From: Chrysomallon squamiferum
Taxonomy: Eukaryota > Animalia > Mollusca
NCBI GenBank assembly: GCA_012295275.1
Contig: CM022668.1
Coordinates: forward strand, 16,244,001 to 16,308,000
Direction of reading: 5' to 3'
DNA: 64,000 bases
Shown here: positions 41,131 through 56,619 of the stretch, in pieces
Position numbering within the stretch: the first letter of the stretch is position 1
Layout of the letters: each line of letters starts with the position of its first letter
Made by a program: the position numbers and the translations under genes
Notes under the pieces: generated by a model
Seen by the model: the letters and a program-made list of their open reading frames with translations, nothing else
Told to the model about the DNA's origin: nothing
Database searches by the model: none

Positions 41131-42334
41131 TGCAAGTGCTATTATCGGCAGTTTCGCCTCGTTTTCAAAACTCGTGTCGTCAAACGACGACGACTGGGCT
41201 GACAGGGTGAACCACGTGTACACCGTGCTCATCCTCGCGCTCTTCGCCATCTTCATCAGCGGCGGCCAGTACGTGGGCAACCCCATCGAGTGCTGGACGC
41301 CGGCGCATTTCACGGGCGCCTTCGTGGCGTACACGAAGTCATTCTGCTGGGTGAAGAACACCTACTACATCCCCATGGACGAGAGCATCCCGATAGAACA
41401 TCATCGACGCGACTCCGAGGAACTCACGTACTACCAGTGGGTGCCCATCATCCTCCTCTTCATGGCGTTCCTCTTCAAAGCGCCTTCCGTTCTGTGGAAG
41501 CTCTTCAACGGCAGCTCGGGAGTGAATCTGGACAAGATAGTGAACATGACGACTGAGACTCAGCTAGGATCTCCAGCCAAGAGAGAGGAGACGATTAAAC
41601 ACATTTGCCAGTACATGGACCGGTGGCTGGAGGCTCACAGGCAGTACAAGTTCAACATCCTCATCAGAACGAGGCAGAGGCTGAGCCGCGTCTGCTGCTT
41701 CATGTGTGCTAAGCGCGACGGAACCTACCTGACAGGACTCTACATCTTCGTCAAGCTCCTGTACGTCGTCAACGTCATCTGCCAGTTCTTCATTCTCAAC
41801 GGCTTCATGGGCAACTGGTACAACCTGTACGGCCTCGAGGTTCTCGACGGCCTATCGCGCGACGTTGCGTGGAGGGAGTCGAAGCGTTTTCCCAAGATCA
41901 CCCTCTGCGACTTCGACATTCGCCAGTTACAGAACATCCAGCGATACACCGTGCAGTGCGTGCTCCCCATCAACCTCTTCAACGAGAAGATCTTCATCTT
42001 CCTCTGGTTCTGGTTTGTCTTTGTTGCCGTCGTCACCTGCGGCAACTTCATTTTCTGGATCTGGAGAGCCATGTTCCGAGTGAACCGGGCCCGCTACGTG
42101 AAGAAGTACCTCAAACTGATGGACGAACTGCGCGGCGAGGAAGACAAACGTTTCGCCCTCAAGTTCGCCAACCAGTATCTACGAGACGACGGCATTTTCG
42201 TTCTTCGACTGATCGCCAAGAACTCCAACGACATTCTTCTCTCGGATCTCATTCGTCAGCTGTGGCAGACGTACAAGAACAAACCGATGATCAAAAAGGG
42301 CATGGAGGAAGACTTCAACGAATCGGCGGCCTAG
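41131..42334 (+). CDS. inx: Innexin (invertebrate gap-junction protein, unc-9-like): single constant coding exon, ~400 aa
   Basis: Shows the innexin signatures DDDWADR, IECWTP...FCW (EL1 cysteines), YYQWVP and RFPKITLCDF...VQCVLPINLFNEKIFIFLWFW (EL2 cysteines), with four hydrophobic TM segments. Acceptor ttttgtgtttttcag| at 41130; stop TAG at 42332-42334; strong GC3 codon bias. The track's GTG start at 41120 is intronic. Confidence 0.97.
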
Positions 42335-43044
42335 AATGGATGCTGACCTTTTGAAACGAACCAATCAGAGAATGTTATTTTGACACCTTAGTGATCTCTG
42401 CTAAATCAAACAACGTGATGAAACTAATGGTATGGTGCTTGACGGATTTGTTTTCAAATGTCTCGGAAGATGATTTTTATTTTTTTTTTTTTTTTTTTTT
42501 TTTATACAAGAAACGCTACTGTGTGATGTAATAAATAATTTATTGGGTTTCGACTGTGCTATCGATTCAAAGCAACAACGACTAAGAGAACAGCTTTACT
42601 TGACGTTATTCTGCACAAGACAAGGTTGACACATTTAAGTCTCTAACCTGCATTTTCAACGTGTACCTGCCAGCCTGACTCGCGATGTCAGTGTGTACCG
42701 GCATTTGTGTGTTTTAACCTGTTGATTTATTTACTTTTCCTCTGCTGCTTTGTCTTACCGTCGTATTTAGTCAGACGTATTTTATTTTATGTTCTTGCGA
42801 AGCGAGTTTTGTGTTAGGTAAAGACACTTTTTTGGTTTTAACGTATTTCGTTGGGCATTGTATGCATATAACGACTTCTTTTTTTTAAATTTATAACTGT
42901 ATCATACATATCTGTCTATAAATTATTTTAGGTCTGTTAAGATTTTAAATTTTATCTAATTAAGTAGTTAATTGCAGCAGTTGTAATTTTTCTTTTTCTT
43001 TTTCTCGTAGATATGAAGACCTACAAATGTTTTATTGAATATAT

Positions 43045-43089
<45 letters not shown>

Positions 43090-45537
43090 TATGTATATGT
43101 ATGTATGTATATAAATATATATATTCACCGCGAATACGTGATTTTAATCAAATGATTTCAGATAATTACGGGATATGCAATGTATGTTAACAAATCAAAA
43201 TTTTGTTTTAAATCGTTTTACGTGATCCTTGCTGGCTAATCAATGTGCCTTAGATTTTAGAAAAAACTTGACTATGTACATAAACTAGTCAGATGTCTTC
43301 CATCACACAACTCTGCCTTTGTTCATTTTCAAACAATAAAAAGTCGATTGATATGCTCTGTTGTAAATATTACTTTCTAAGCTTAGCTGAATTTATATTA
43401 AAGACAAACGAGAATTTGTTTTGAAACGATATTATGTGAACTGGTAGGGTGGTGTAATTTCTAATTACATTAATGATTTTAATATGATAACGCCAACAAA
43501 TGATATTATTAATTCAGTACTTAAACGTTAATTTACATTTGTTTCTAAAATGTTATCTTGTACAGACAAGGAACCATTTATATATGTCTGTATATATACA
43601 TGTATATATATATGCATACATATAATGTATTTATATATATCTATATATATGTATATTTGCGTATATAAATAATACGAAACGGTAAATAGGTTTGAAACAT
43701 TGAGAGTAATATTCTAGAAAAATGTTGTTGTTGTTTAAGATTATAGACTAAACATTTTTCCATTTTTCAGTGTGATACCCAACGAACTTTGTTAACTAAT
43801 TATGTACATATTATTCTTGACTGTATTTTTATATGATGTGATTAAAATAAACAACTTCACCGTATTTTTAACATTGTTTGTAGATTGCATTTAGCTGGGT
43901 GGAGCGTAGCCTTTATTTTTGTTACTGACGTTTCTTTATAAAAACAATTAATACTGTTATATATTTCTTTTTGAAATAAATAGCTTTATATAGCTTTCCA
44001 CCATGTGCCTTTTTTTCACTGTTTCATGGATATTAAAGTATATGGCTGTCATAAATAATTACCTGTTTACAATATTAACATAAAAAAAAAAAAGTAACGA
44101 AATAATATTTTTCTGAACCTTCTTTACATTACATCAGTGTATTCAGACTTTCGTAAAAGGTGACATCTTTATGATGGTGATTTTCCTTAATGTTTTAATT
44201 AAAGTTAGAAACTATTTTGTAGACGAATATTTTAGAGTTACAATTTTTACATTAAGCTTCAGATTTTTTGATGATCAAGTTCATATTTCCATGAACTTAT
44301 TTGAACTGTTATTTTGTGGATTTTATTTTTTGATTTGTCTTTGAAATACGTTGATTGAATGACTGCATTGTTTGTGTTTAAATGTGTATATGCCTATCTG
44401 TGACGTATTTAAACATATCAGAGAATATTTTACATGTATTATCATTAACCTGTTAATATATTACATCGTCATCACTGTTTTGAAAACAGATTTTATAAGC
44501 CTTAAAGGCATCGTCTTCATTTTCTAGCTATGATAAATAGGATGTTAGTATTCTCGAATTTCAGTAAAACTATAGTCCAGATTATGTCACGTGACCTGTA
44601 TCATTCATCACACTTTATTTGAATAGTAAAACGGAAAAAAGAAAAAAGAAAAGAGAAAAGAATTATATATAAATTATATATAATTCTTTTCACCATCCAA
44701 GTAATAAAAATATTAATAACTTTTAAAGTGATAAATTATTATTTTTTTCGCCTTTCATCTTGGGTTAAAATTAAAAAGAAATACATATTATGCTAAAAGC
44801 GTTTGAGATGATTTAAAAGAGAAACAGAAAAGGAAAAGGAAAACCTATCATTACCTGTCATAAAATATTACATAAATTTACGTAATATTACAGTTTTTAA
44901 TTTGACGTCATCAGTCATAAATTTATTGGAGTAATATTAGTGTTTTTAGTAAAACACTGCCGTGATTTCCCTGTCGTATATATTACGTAGTAGTATTAGT
45001 TATATTCAAAATATAATTTAGTAATATTACATTGTTATATTAAATGATTACAAAATATCGGTAATATTAGTGTTATATGACATCAATATTGTCATAAAAA
45101 TATATCCTAAAATATTATAGTTATAACTAAATATTTTCATGGCTAATATATTGTCGAATGACATCACTATCTGTCAAAAATGTTAGTTAGTAATATTACA
45201 GTGTCATTTGACGTGCTATCTGTCATAAATATTACATTAGTAATATTATGGTGTCTCTTGACGTCACTGTCACAAATATTACTTCAGTAATAATAACAGT
45301 GTTTTATTAAATGACTGAGGGATATAAAAATATTTAAAATATTAGTGTTATCACATGTATTTACCATTCCAGCCATTACTGAATGATGTTTGATTTGACG
45401 TATTTCCACTCATAACATGTTTTCGTGTCTGTTTTGCACATGGACGTCAGTAACTTTAATCAGGATTTGCTTTCCATTTATATAGGTCTGGGTTTTAATG
45501 TGTTGATGGTAACAGATGAATGAGTGTATGTTTGGGC

Positions 45538-45543
45538 AATAAA
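45538..45543 (+). terminator. Probable distal innexin polyadenylation signal (about 3.2-kb 3'UTR)
   Basis: AATAAA followed ~20 nt later by a long GT/T-rich tract (ttttgttatttgttactgttttgttttt). More proximal AATAAA hexamers also occur (e.g. 43335, 43846). Confidence 0.45.
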
Positions 45544-46686
45544 AATTCACCTACAAAAATCACTTTTGTTATTTGTTACTGTTTTGTTTTGTTTTGTTTT
45601 GTTTTGTTATTTACCTTATTTAACAATTTATAGGACTTTTTTTTTTTTTTAATGTAGGAGAAAGAAAAATAAAAAAATTTAAAAGGAAAATGAATAATTC
45701 ATAATACAAACTAATGGATTTTTATTATTATTAATGTGCATGCATTTCATTATGTCTTATTTTTAGAAGTGGAACAGGCATACTTTTTAGTGGAATAAAT
45801 ATCTGAATATGTCTGTCTTTCTATCTACCTGTTTATCTCTCTCTCTCTCTCTCTCCTCCTCTCCCTCTCCCTCTCCCTCTCTCTCCCTCCATGGATATTT
45901 ATATCCATCTATATGGCGAGAGATAAAAGAAGAGATAAAGTGAACAAATCAGTTATTGTATATTAATATTTATAACTGAAAATTTAATAATTTGCTTGTA
46001 ATGTTGATATCCTGTATTAATAAAATGCATTTATCACAAAACTAAATATATTATTAATGAACACAAAATAAATAATGATGAATGTTGCTTTTAAATACAA
46101 TGTATAAACAACAAGCATTAATCACTAAATTAAATATGTCATTAATGAACATCACTTAATAATGATAAATGCTGCTTTCAAAAACTACATGTTTGCAACA
46201 AATATTTAATCAAGAAAACATATTAATATATGAAAAATGAACGCGCATAAATAATGATAAATGTTGATTATTAATTTGGTACCTTACTGAATATCCAATA
46301 AAAAAAATAAAAAAAAAAAAAATAAATAAAAAAGAATTAAAAAAAGAGATAAATACAAAAAAATAAAAAATGAAAAAAAGGTTATATGTATGTATATAAG
46401 AAAACACACAGAGACGTAAAGTTCTCAGTAACGTATTGAACTAGATGAGGTTTGTGTGAGACTTAAAATATTTTCTGATTTAACGTTAAAGTCGCGGTCA
46501 CTCTCAGTTCAAGGGTCAAGTCTGGCCTCTTCAGCGACAGCTGTCGTGAAAATTTTACTTATTTTACACCTACACTGACCGCTTCAGAGGTCACACTTGT
46601 AGCAGAATGTCAAGTATTGACTGGGAATTATCTGCTTCTATCAAATTTAGTTTAATCGATAGTGAATGCGCTTGAGTATGCACACA

Positions 46687-46785
<99 letters not shown>

Positions 46786-47737
46786 GAGAGAGAGAGAGAG
46801 AGAGAGAGAAAAGGGGAGAGAGAGAGAGAAATAGATGTGTTTGTATATACATAAACACACACATACTTTTATATGCATGTAATTAACCCATACAAAATAA
46901 TAATAACAATAAAATTAAAATTAACAAAACAATAAAAAAAACAACAAACATAAAAGACAAAGGAATCAGTGTTCTCCTTCCTGGTGTAACTGAAACTGAT
47001 ATTTTTTTCTAATTATAAAATCTCCAGCTCACCTCCACATATCACATGTCAGGTTTACCACAGAAGTAGTCAGCTTATAGATGTCAAAAAAACAAACACA
47101 AACCCTTACGTTACAAAATAATTCAGAAATGATTGTTGTATTTCTCGTTTTAGGGCATATCGTTTATCAATACATACACACACATACACAGAACACACAC
47201 ACACACAGAACACACACACACAAACATACACACACACTAACGTATATATATATATACATCTTTTACGGAAGATATATTTTATAAAATGTACTCAGATCTC
47301 ACATATCTAGCAAACTGTATCATCACACCCAGTGCACCAGATTTCCTAAACTGAAGCGCTATTCAGTTTCTTCTGTTACGAAATTAACCTCAAACTGGGA
47401 CTTCAGAAGTGTTGATACTGGGTCTGAAGAGTGTCGCGTGTTTGTGTGTCAGAGATGGGATCTGTGTGTAACGCGATGCATGTAACTGCTCAAACCAGCA
47501 CCTTTGTTTGAAACCCAGTGCAGTCGTCCGAGGTCGAACGGAGTTTTGTAAAATACCTGCTTGCTAGACGATTCGTTTCACGAGTAAAAAAAATGTGGCA
47601 GAGTTATGTTTCATTTTATCCTGTTCATCTGCTGTGTAACTAAGTTCTTTTCTTTGTTTGTTATTCACGCGCCTAGTTACATGTATGGACGATGCTTATG
47701 TGATACTGTAGACAAACACTGACACACACACAGACAC

Positions 47738-48342
47738 ATGTATGTATGTGTGTGTACGTGTGTATGTTATATGTATATATGTATGTATGTTATATGTGTG
47801 TATGTATGTATGTTATATATGTGTATGTATGTATGTTATATGTGTGTATGTGTGTGTGTATGTATGTTATATGTGTGTATGTTATATGTGTATATGTATG
47901 TTATATGTGTGTATGTATGTTATATGTGTATATGTATGTATGTTATATGTGTGTATGTATGTATGTGTGTGTGTGTACGTGTGTATGTTATATGTGTGTA
48001 TGTATGTATGTTATATGTGTGTATGTATGTATGTTATATATGTGTATGTATGTATGTTAAATGTGTGTATGTGTGTATGTTATATGTGTATATGTATGTA
48101 TGTTATATGTGTGTATGTATGTATGTGTGTGTATGTTATATGTGTGTATGTATGTATGTATGTTATATGTGTGTATGTTATATGTGTGTATGTATGTATG
48201 TTATATGTGTATATGTGTGTATGTGTGTATGTTATATGTGTGTATATATGTATGTTATATGTGTGTATGTATGTATGTTATATGTGGATAGATAGGTAAA
48301 TGGGTGGATAGTTAGATAGATGGGTAAATAGATAGACAGGAA

Positions 48343-48391
<49 letters not shown>

Positions 48392-48421
48392 CAGATAGAT
48401 AGATAGATAGATAGATAGATG

Positions 48422-48462
<41 letters not shown>

Positions 48463-48470
48463 TTAGACAG
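47738..48470. repeat. Complex (TATG/TG) microsatellite followed by (GATA)n
   Basis: Direct inspection. Confidence 0.95.
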
Positions 48471-49489
48471 ACAGAGAGAGACAAAAAACCCAATAAAACA
48501 CACAGAGACAGGAAGACATCTGAACTTTTCGCGTTTCTATTTCTGTTTATATTTAAAACAAACTAATTTTTTGATTTCAGACCTAACAATTCCATATACA
48601 GAGACAAACAGACAGACAGAAAGATAATAATATTTTTTTTTTTTTTTTGCCTTTCTATTTCTGTTTACATTTAAAACAAACAAATTTCTTTGTTATAAAC
48701 ATAACAATTTTACACAACATACAGACAGACAGACAAACAGAAAAATAATAACCGTTTTTGCATTTCTATTTCTGTTTATATTTATAAGAAACAATTTCTT
48801 TGTTTTAAACCTAACAGTTCTACAGATTCTAACCAATACACAGTAAATGAACTGGGAACAAAACACACAACTTTGTGACAAGTTAGCTATAAAGTATCTG
48901 AAGATGTCCTTTACCCACTGCAAAAAAAAAAAAAAAAAAAAAATCTTTTGTTTCTTAGCTTAATTTGTTTACAAAACCTAGCTTTTTTTTTTTTTTTTTT
49001 TCAAGTTGAATTTATTTTGTATCACTAAGTCTAAACAATAATCTTTAACTTTACCAGACCTTGATTAACAAATGAGATGGGATTATTTACAAAATATCAG
49101 TTCTTCCAACGGAACGTTAATTTCTTATGTCCATAATCTGCGATAACGGACACTCGTTTTAAATGACAGACGTTGTTGTCTAAGTTTGACGTAGTCAGTG
49201 TGACTAGTGTCAGTTACCCAGAATTCACAGTTACAAATGGATATAAGCACATAAATAATAAAATATATTTTTTTAGTACTGGAACACATGTTGTTTTGAC
49301 CTTGACCTCTCGAAACGCGGTACAAAAAGTTCACAAACCAAGTGGAAAATGTTTTATTTAAATAATGTGTAAATGTATCACTGTTATCTAATTATCTTGA
49401 TATTAATTAAGTGAATGATTAATTTAATTAATTCATTCGTGTTAATATAAACTTTTTTTGTTTGTTACGCTGTTTCTTTTTTCTACAAC

Positions 49490-49661
49490 AACAAAAACAA
49501 CAACTACTACTATTACTCAACTACTACTACTACTTCAGCCATTATTACTACTACAACTATTGGTATTATTACTGCTACTTCTACTACTACAACTACAATT
49601 ATTACTACTAATACTCCTTCTCCGCCTGCTACTTTTAATATTTCTACTACTACTACTATTA

Positions 49662-49694
<33 letters not shown>

Positions 49695-49947
49695 GTACTA
49701 CTACTGCTATTAATACTACTAGTACTACTACTACTACTATTAATATTACTAGTACTACTACTACTATTATTACTACTACGACTACAACTACTACTAGTAC
49801 TACTACTACTACTAATACTACTACTACTACTACCACTACTACTACTATTACTACTACTACCACCACTACTACTACTACTACTATTAATACTACTAGTACT
49901 ACTACCACTACTACTAGTACTACTAGTACTACTGCTACTACTACTAG
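49490..49947. repeat. Imperfect (CTA/TTA)n triplet tract
   Basis: Direct inspection. Gives poly-L/V/S ORFs. Confidence 0.9.
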
Positions 49948-50634
49948 AAAAAGAATAAAACAACAAGACACATACAAACACACACATCAACAACAACTGA
50001 AAAAACAACAACATAATACTTATATATAAAAAATAATACACAGATAAAAACTCGATGAAAAATCCTTTCGATTAGTTTCGCTGTCAGCCTCTCTGTTGAT
50101 TCTCTGACACTGGACGTGAAGTGACATGCTACGCTAAGAGCGCGCATTTATTTCGTATGTAAATGCATTCACCTCACCGCTTCGTTCTTACCTGTGTTTC
50201 AGACATTTACCTGAGCTTTCTGAGGTTGCTGACCTTTAAGATGAAAGTTCTCGCTTTGACGAGGTTGTTTTAAACATCAAACAACAAACAAGAAAGTAAA
50301 GCAACTGAGGCTGTCAAATATTGGAGATTTACAGCAGCTATTTTTTTTTTAAGTAATTTTTGTGTTTGCTGTCCAGTATTCAAAGTATGGGTATAGTTAC
50401 CATATTAGGTGAATATTGTCATGAAGCTGAACATTTACAAGTTAACTAACATAAGTGGCAGATTGTTAAAAATCCCCAACATGTATTTAGTATTAAATTC
50501 TTTGAGTATTCTGAGTAAGGTTAATTAAGGCGTATGGTGCATGTAAATCTGTAGTTAATCTCTATCGGGTTCAATCAGATAAATTCACACACATATCTGC
50601 ACATGCTGGCACGTAAACGAATTACACACATGCG

Positions 50635-50722
<88 letters not shown>

Positions 50723-50723
50723 A

Positions 50724-50755
<32 letters not shown>

Positions 50756-53210
50756 TAAGCACACACACACAAATGTATATATAATAAAAAGGATTAAAAT
50801 AATATATTGCTCCACCACATTTGTAATGATTTATTCATTAATTATGCAAGGAAAGAAAAATGAATAATTTATTCGTAATGTTGTTTATTAATTTATTGTT
50901 ATACTTTATTGCTTGCAAAGTCTGGTCTCCAGTGACAACAGAAGTGTGTAAATATGTTTAGATTGATTTACTTTTGACACAAGCTTCACTTTAAGAAGAA
51001 ACATTTGATAGAACCAGCATAAAGCTGTAAAATAATTGAGGCTAATGCTTCTTTTTAACTCTATTTATCAATTTTTGTTATCAATACAGACACAGGTACA
51101 CTATGAGACGAAAGAAGTGTAGAAACAATCGGTGTATATTTAGTGTGTTTAGTCGACTTAGCACGATAAACACAATCTGTCAGTGTCACTGTTATCTCAC
51201 TACGAGGCTAAAATACAAATAAATAAACTTTGGCACGCGATCAACTGATAAACATTCCTGATGCGAAATCGTTCGAAGTCCAAAAATGATTGACAGAAAA
51301 TATAGCCAGTAGAACATTTACACTCGATTCTGTCATACGTTTCATTTCATCTGGTGAATGTTAATTTAAAAAAAAAATTGAAAAAAAAAAAAAAAAATAA
51401 AAAAAAATTTGATTTGGATATAAAATATCTGTGAAATATAAAATTTAGTAAAAAGAAAAATTAAAAATGTCATTCCTATCGCTTTACTTATTCTATTTTA
51501 CTGTTATTTATTTAAAATTTAATTTAATTTAATTTAATTAATTAATTAATTAATTTTATTTTATTTTATTTTATTTTGTTTTATTTTATTTTATTTTATT
51601 TTATTTTATTTTTATTTTATTTTATTAATTTTCATTTTTGTAGACCGTCTCAGTCACTGATATAAACTGAAGTTTCAATGAATGCTAAATATTTGTTTTA
51701 CAAAAGTCTGCTATACTTATATTCAGAAATGATCTTTTTTTCTCAAGCTTTTACAATGAAAGCTGAGTATTTAGTTTTATATTATATTATATTATTTATT
51801 TATTTATTTTTATTAATTAATTAATTTATTTATTTTATATATTAATTTCAAAGCCGGACACATCCTTTAGAAAATAACTCGCGCTTGTCTCAATCAAGGG
51901 AGATAATCGAGTTACGATAAGATAACACTATTTTAATATTAATTATTATTCATTGTTGCTGCTTTGTTTTAACGTATACTGGCCCATGCACACTTAAAGT
52001 TTAAAACAGCTTTATTTAATCTCATGAATACTCTTTGTATTTGGCAAAATGTTTATTTACCGTTAAAATATACCATTAATAAAAATATGTCGATATCATA
52101 ACAATTTAAATTCGATAAATTGACGTGTCATATATTTTACTGTTATAAGTATAGAAAATATATTTAAGCTATTCCTTAATAGGGTCACCTGAAATTACTT
52201 TCTTTTATAATATTTTGTTTTTTTCTCGTTGGATTTCAAATGATAGTCTGATTGTTTGTACAAAACCCCTATACCAGCTGAGTCTTCGTTACAGGTCTCA
52301 ATTGTTTCTATATAAATATATATTTAATACATAATACACAAGTACATAGTTCCATATACATCTATATATATATTATACACACACACAAACACACACACAC
52401 ACACTCACACATATATACGTCATCTCTAAAAACTTGAGAGTGTATGTTTGTGTGTATGTGCGTGTTATTATTATTAGTAGTAGTAATAGTAGTAGTAGTA
52501 GTAGTAGTAGCAGTAGTAATTGTAGTAGTAGCAGTAGTAGTAGTAGTAGTAGTAGCAGTAGTACTACTACTACTGCTAGTAGTAGTAATATCATCATCAT
52601 CGTCATCATCATCACTATTGTTGCTGTCTACTAAGAATACGAAAATAGGATTGAAAATGTTATATTTAGAAAAAAATAATAACATAAAATACACTTCTTG
52701 ACACAACGAATGATGAGCTTTGGCATCTTTTAACCTGTTCTGATCTAAGTTACAGGAAAACATATTTTGAATACCACGCCATGTATGTTTCTGCGAGGCG
52801 CCGTCATAATTTCCTCTGCGACCAAACTCAGTTCTTCTCGGCGAACACATCAATTAACTTGATTTATTTTCTACTCTCTGCAGTAATACGAAGTTTCCAA
52901 GATGATGAACGACCAATACGTTGAGTAATGGTGTCGCTGACCACGACTACGTCGTCTTCATAAAACCCCGCGAGTTCTTTGATCTGGGTAACCTGAAGTT
53001 CAGAGATTTGTGTAACGGAGTTCCAGTCTTTCTCTGCCTATTAACCCCTTAACCCGCATTTCTCCTCGGTAAACAGCACGCGCTGTCTTTCTGATTAGCA
53101 GGTCATATTGAATTTGTGCAGGAAACTCGCATATTAAATACACTTTCAGTTCACTACCCCATATAAAACAGTGGATCGAAATGATTTATTTCTCAATAAT
53201 AATAACGAGA

Positions 53211-53580
<370 letters not shown>

Positions 53581-53598
53581 GAGGGGATAGTTGAAGAC

Positions 53599-54508
53599 GT
53601 GTAAGACTTCACGTATGTAACTGTGTGAGACTTCACGTATGTAACTGTGTGAGACTTCACGTATGTAACTGTGTAAGACTTCACGTATGTAACTGTGTAA
53701 GACTTCACGTATGTAACTGTGTGAGACTTCACGTATGTAACTGTGTGAGACTTCACGTATGTAACTGTAAGACTTCACGTATGTAACTGTGTAAGACTTC
53801 ACGTATGTAACTGTGTAAGACTTCACGTATGTAACTGTGTGAGACTTCACGTATGTAACTGTGTGAGACTTCACGTATGTAACTGTGTAAGACTTCACGT
53901 ATGTAACTGTGTGAGACTTCACGTATGTAACTGTGTGAGACTTCACGTATGTAACTGTGTGAGACTTCACGTATGTAACTGTGTAAGACTTCACGTATGT
54001 AACTGTGTAAGACTTCACGTATGTAACTGTGTAAGACTTCACGTATGTAACTGTGTAAGACTTCACGTATGTAACTGTGTGAGACTTCACGTATGTAACT
54101 GTGTAAAACTTCACGTATGTAACTGTGTAAGACTTCACGTATGTAACTGTGTAAGACTTCACGTATGTAACTGTGTAAGACTTCACGTATGTAACTGTGT
54201 GAGACTTCACGTATGTAACTGTAAGACTTCACGTATGTAACTGTGTAAGACTTCACGTATGTAACTGTGTGAGACTTCACGTATGTAACTGTGTAAAACT
54301 TCACGTATGTAACTGTGTAAGACTTCACGTATGTAACTGTGTAAGACTTCACGTATGTAACTGTGTAAGACTTCACGTATGTAACTGTGTAAGACTTCAC
54401 GTATGTAACTGTGTGAGACTTCACGTATGTAACTGTAAGACTTCACGTATGTAACTGTGTAAGACTTCACGTATGTAACTGTGTAAGACTTCACGTATGT
54501 AACTGTGT
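53599..54508. repeat. 24-bp minisatellite (gtaagacttcacgtatgtaactgt), about 38 copies
   Basis: Near-identical units with occasional 2-bp deletions. Gives the KSYTVTYV and RLHVCNCV ORFs. Confidence 0.97.
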
Positions 54509-54945
54509 AGTGCAGTCATGTTTTTGACTGTCAGTTAAACTCCCTCAGGATCCAACAACAAAGAAACAAAAACCGATCAACAAAACATTCAGATTGAGAT
54601 GCTAATAACACATTTTTGTCAGGTTACTTCTTTCAAAGCCAGCTACAGAACTAATTAGAATGAAGAAGATGAAAATAAGGATGAAGGAAAAAAATTGCGA
54701 ACAAGATCGGAGACATTTTCTTGGAGTGGGCTGTTACGTTGGCATATTAACCCATGATACGTGGCTTGATTGAATATAGCAGTCTCTTACCACACTTGTT
54801 AAGTATGCACTATCCCACACAATGTATTGATTGAAGACAGACTTCTCAAGGGAAAACAATACAGAAATTCTCTTTCACCTCTTCCCTAGTTGAAAATCAG
54901 TGATGAAAATGAATAAGTGCGGAAAGCTGTCGTTGTCAGCGACAA

Positions 54946-55230
54946 CAGTCGTAGAAAACTGTGGTAGAAAATAGTCGTTGAAAACTGTCGTAGAAAACAG
55001 TCGTAGAAAACAGTCGTAGAAAACAGTCGTAGAAAACAGTCGTAGAAAACTGTGGTAGAAAACAGTCGTAGAAAACAGTCGTAGAAAACAGTCGTAGAAA
55101 ACTGTCGTAGTCGTTGAAAACTGTCGTAGAAAAAAGTCGTAGAAAAAAAAAAACTGTCGTAGAAAACAGTCTCGAAAACGTTTGTCTAAAAACTGTGACT
55201 CGTAGAAAATTGTCGTTGAAAACTGTCGGA
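54946..55230. repeat. 13-bp minisatellite (gtcgtagaaaaca)
   Basis: Direct inspection. Confidence 0.9.
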
Positions 55231-55507
55231 AAACTTTGAAAAAAAAGTATAGAAAGAGAAAACGTGACAGTCTATCCTTTGAAAATAAAGACAAAAATGT
55301 CTGTCCTTTATTGTGAGATATTGTTTTGTTTTTGTTTTAATAATATTTATTTATCGATTTATGGTTAATTAATTAACTTGTTTATTTATTTATTTGTTTA
55401 TTTGCTTATTTTACAACTACCACAACTACAATTGCTACTACAATTCTGCTACCATTCTACTAAAAGTATGAAGTAACAAAAATAAGATAGAACACCATAG
55501 CATAAAA

Positions 55508-55628
<121 letters not shown>

Positions 55629-56299
55629 GATAATAATAATACATGGTTCTTTTTGTCTGAACATTTTTTTTAAATATATTTATTTAAAATTCTATCAGTT
55701 CTCTCTATTTGTGTTTTCTTTCTCTGTCCATCCATTCACTCGAGTATTCATGTCTGCGTCTGAATCTGTCTGTAATATCTTTAGTTTCATAACCTCTCTC
55801 TCTCTGTTTGCCTGCCTCACTCACAAATAATCAGGAAGTTATCAAAAGCGCATGACATCACAGCTCGAGACTTGAATGAAGAGGTGAAAAAAACAACAAC
55901 AAAAAACCGTCGGCTGAAAGTTTCGGCGCTGGAATATTAATGTTTCTTGATAAACGTCTTCTCGCCTTCATCCGCCATATTGTCAGTTTATCAGCTGATA
56001 CCTCAGAGCTATTAATCACTAGGAAGATTTCTTTTTCAAAAAAAAAAAAAAAAAAATGGATTCCAGCGGATAACTGAGACGTTTGAATGTTTGTCACTGA
56101 AATATTTGACAGCGCAGTCTGAGGTTTTATTCTTTCCTCTCATTGATCCAGTTAAATCACTGGTCGATCCCGTCTACTCACAAAAACCAAGCGACCCAAA
56201 ATCCTCGTCCAGATATCGCAAACTTTAGTCGTCGTCGGAGACAAAAATCAACATTTGTAGCATAAACAGTTTTTTTTAAATTTTTTATTATTATTATTA

Positions 56300-56347
<48 letters not shown>

Positions 56348-56547
56348 TTATTTTATTTTTTTTTTTTTTTTATAAATTTCAGTACTGTAGATGCGTTTGT
56401 AAATGTGCGTATCGTTTATAAAATTTATGTATTTGTTTTTGATTTTTTTTTTTTCTTTTGTTAGTTTTTGGTTTATATTTGAATTAAATTAATGAATAAA
56501 CAAACAAACAAACAGACACAGAAACAAACAAACAAATAAATAAATAA

Positions 56548-56619
<72 letters not shown>

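Noticed and set aside
42332-42346. Stop-codon readthrough of innexin
   Set aside because: TAG-A is not a leaky context, and a second stop (TGA) follows after three codons.
41113-42364. Overlapping and antisense ORFs over the innexin exon (e.g. 41740-42072 -, 41869-42354 +)
   Set aside because: Shadow ORFs produced by the GC3 bias. No recognisable protein motifs.
53599-54508. 24-bp array (and the 64-, 49-, 50-, 28- and 23-bp arrays) as possible CRISPR arrays or repeat proteins
   Set aside because: The units are head-to-tail with no unique spacers, the context is eukaryotic and there are no cas genes. The ORFs are open in several frames simply because the units lack stops.
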